64,000 nucleotides of DNA from positions 35,935,817 through 35,999,816 of the forward strand of contig NC_057718.1 of assembly GCF_004010195.1 (NCBI RefSeq), in the 5' to 3' direction. The notes under the pieces were generated by a model. That model saw nothing but the letters and a program-made list of their open reading frames with translations, was not told the origin of the DNA and searched no databases. The stretch is from Chiloscyllium plagiosum (Eukaryota). The position numbers and the translations under genes were made by a program. The stretch's first letter is position 1, and each line of letters begins with the position of its first letter. Of the stretch, positions 63,580 to 64,000 are shown one piece after another.

Positions 63580-64000
63580 CAGAGGATTGATGAGGGCAGA
63601 GCGGTGGATGTGAACTATATGGACTTCAGTAAGGCATTTGGGAGACTGATCAGCAAGGTTAGATCTTATGGAATACAGGGAGAACTAGCCATTTGGATAC
63701 AGAACTGGCTCAAAGGTAGAAGACAGAGGGTGGTGGTGGAGGGTTGTTTTTCAGACTGGAGGCCTGTGACCAGTGGAGTGCCACAAGGATCGGTGCTGGG
63801 CCCTCTACTTTTTGTCATTTACATAAATGATTGGGATGTGAGCATAAGAGGTACAGTTAGTAAGTTTGCAGATGACACCAAAATTGGAGGTGTAGTGGAC
63901 AGTGAAGAGGGTTACCTCAGATTACAAAAGGGTCTTGACCAGATGGGCCAATGAGCTGAGAAGTGGCAGATGAAGTTTAATTCAGATAAATGCGAGGTGC
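63580..64000 (+). mobile_element. CR1 (HER1-like) LINE RT fragment running off the window end
   Basis: ORF 63604-63954 MDFSKAF..SGVPQGSVLGPLLF..KFADDTK, nearly identical to 3110-3520. Confidence 0.92.

Noticed and set aside
57300..64000. Search for EML4 (downstream) and MTA3 (upstream) exons expected from synteny
   Set aside because: No recognisable coding exons of either gene were found in the window.

Overview
Vertebrate nuclear DNA, almost certainly from a shark (inferred from HE1-type V-SINEs, HER1-type CR1 LINEs and SacSINE1-like elements). There are two intact + strand protein-coding genes. KCNG3 (Kv6.3 silent K+ channel subunit) has 2 coding exons at 19240-24129 and two alternative donors. 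COX7A2L/SCAF1 has 3 coding exons at 47629-56780 (117 aa) and is largely missed by the ORF track. Their order and orientation match the human locus as I recall it. The rest is mostly transposon debris: many truncated CR1 LINEs, a second LINE family with its SINE partner, a pogo/Tigger-type MITE, a probable solo LTR, a Harbinger Myb/SANT fossil, and numerous short Penelope-derived inserts with 10-16 bp TSDs. The most striking unannotated signal is that these Penelope-derived inserts, from at least three sequence families, carry minimal hammerhead-ribozyme cores with covarying stem II and a palindromic helix III. Other leads are a composite ERE/ERRE in COX7A2L intron 1, KCNG3 uORFs, a candidate divergent spliced transcript and a templated inverted duplication. 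Repeat boundaries were read by eye and are approximate; family names come from recalled consensus motifs, not from a search.
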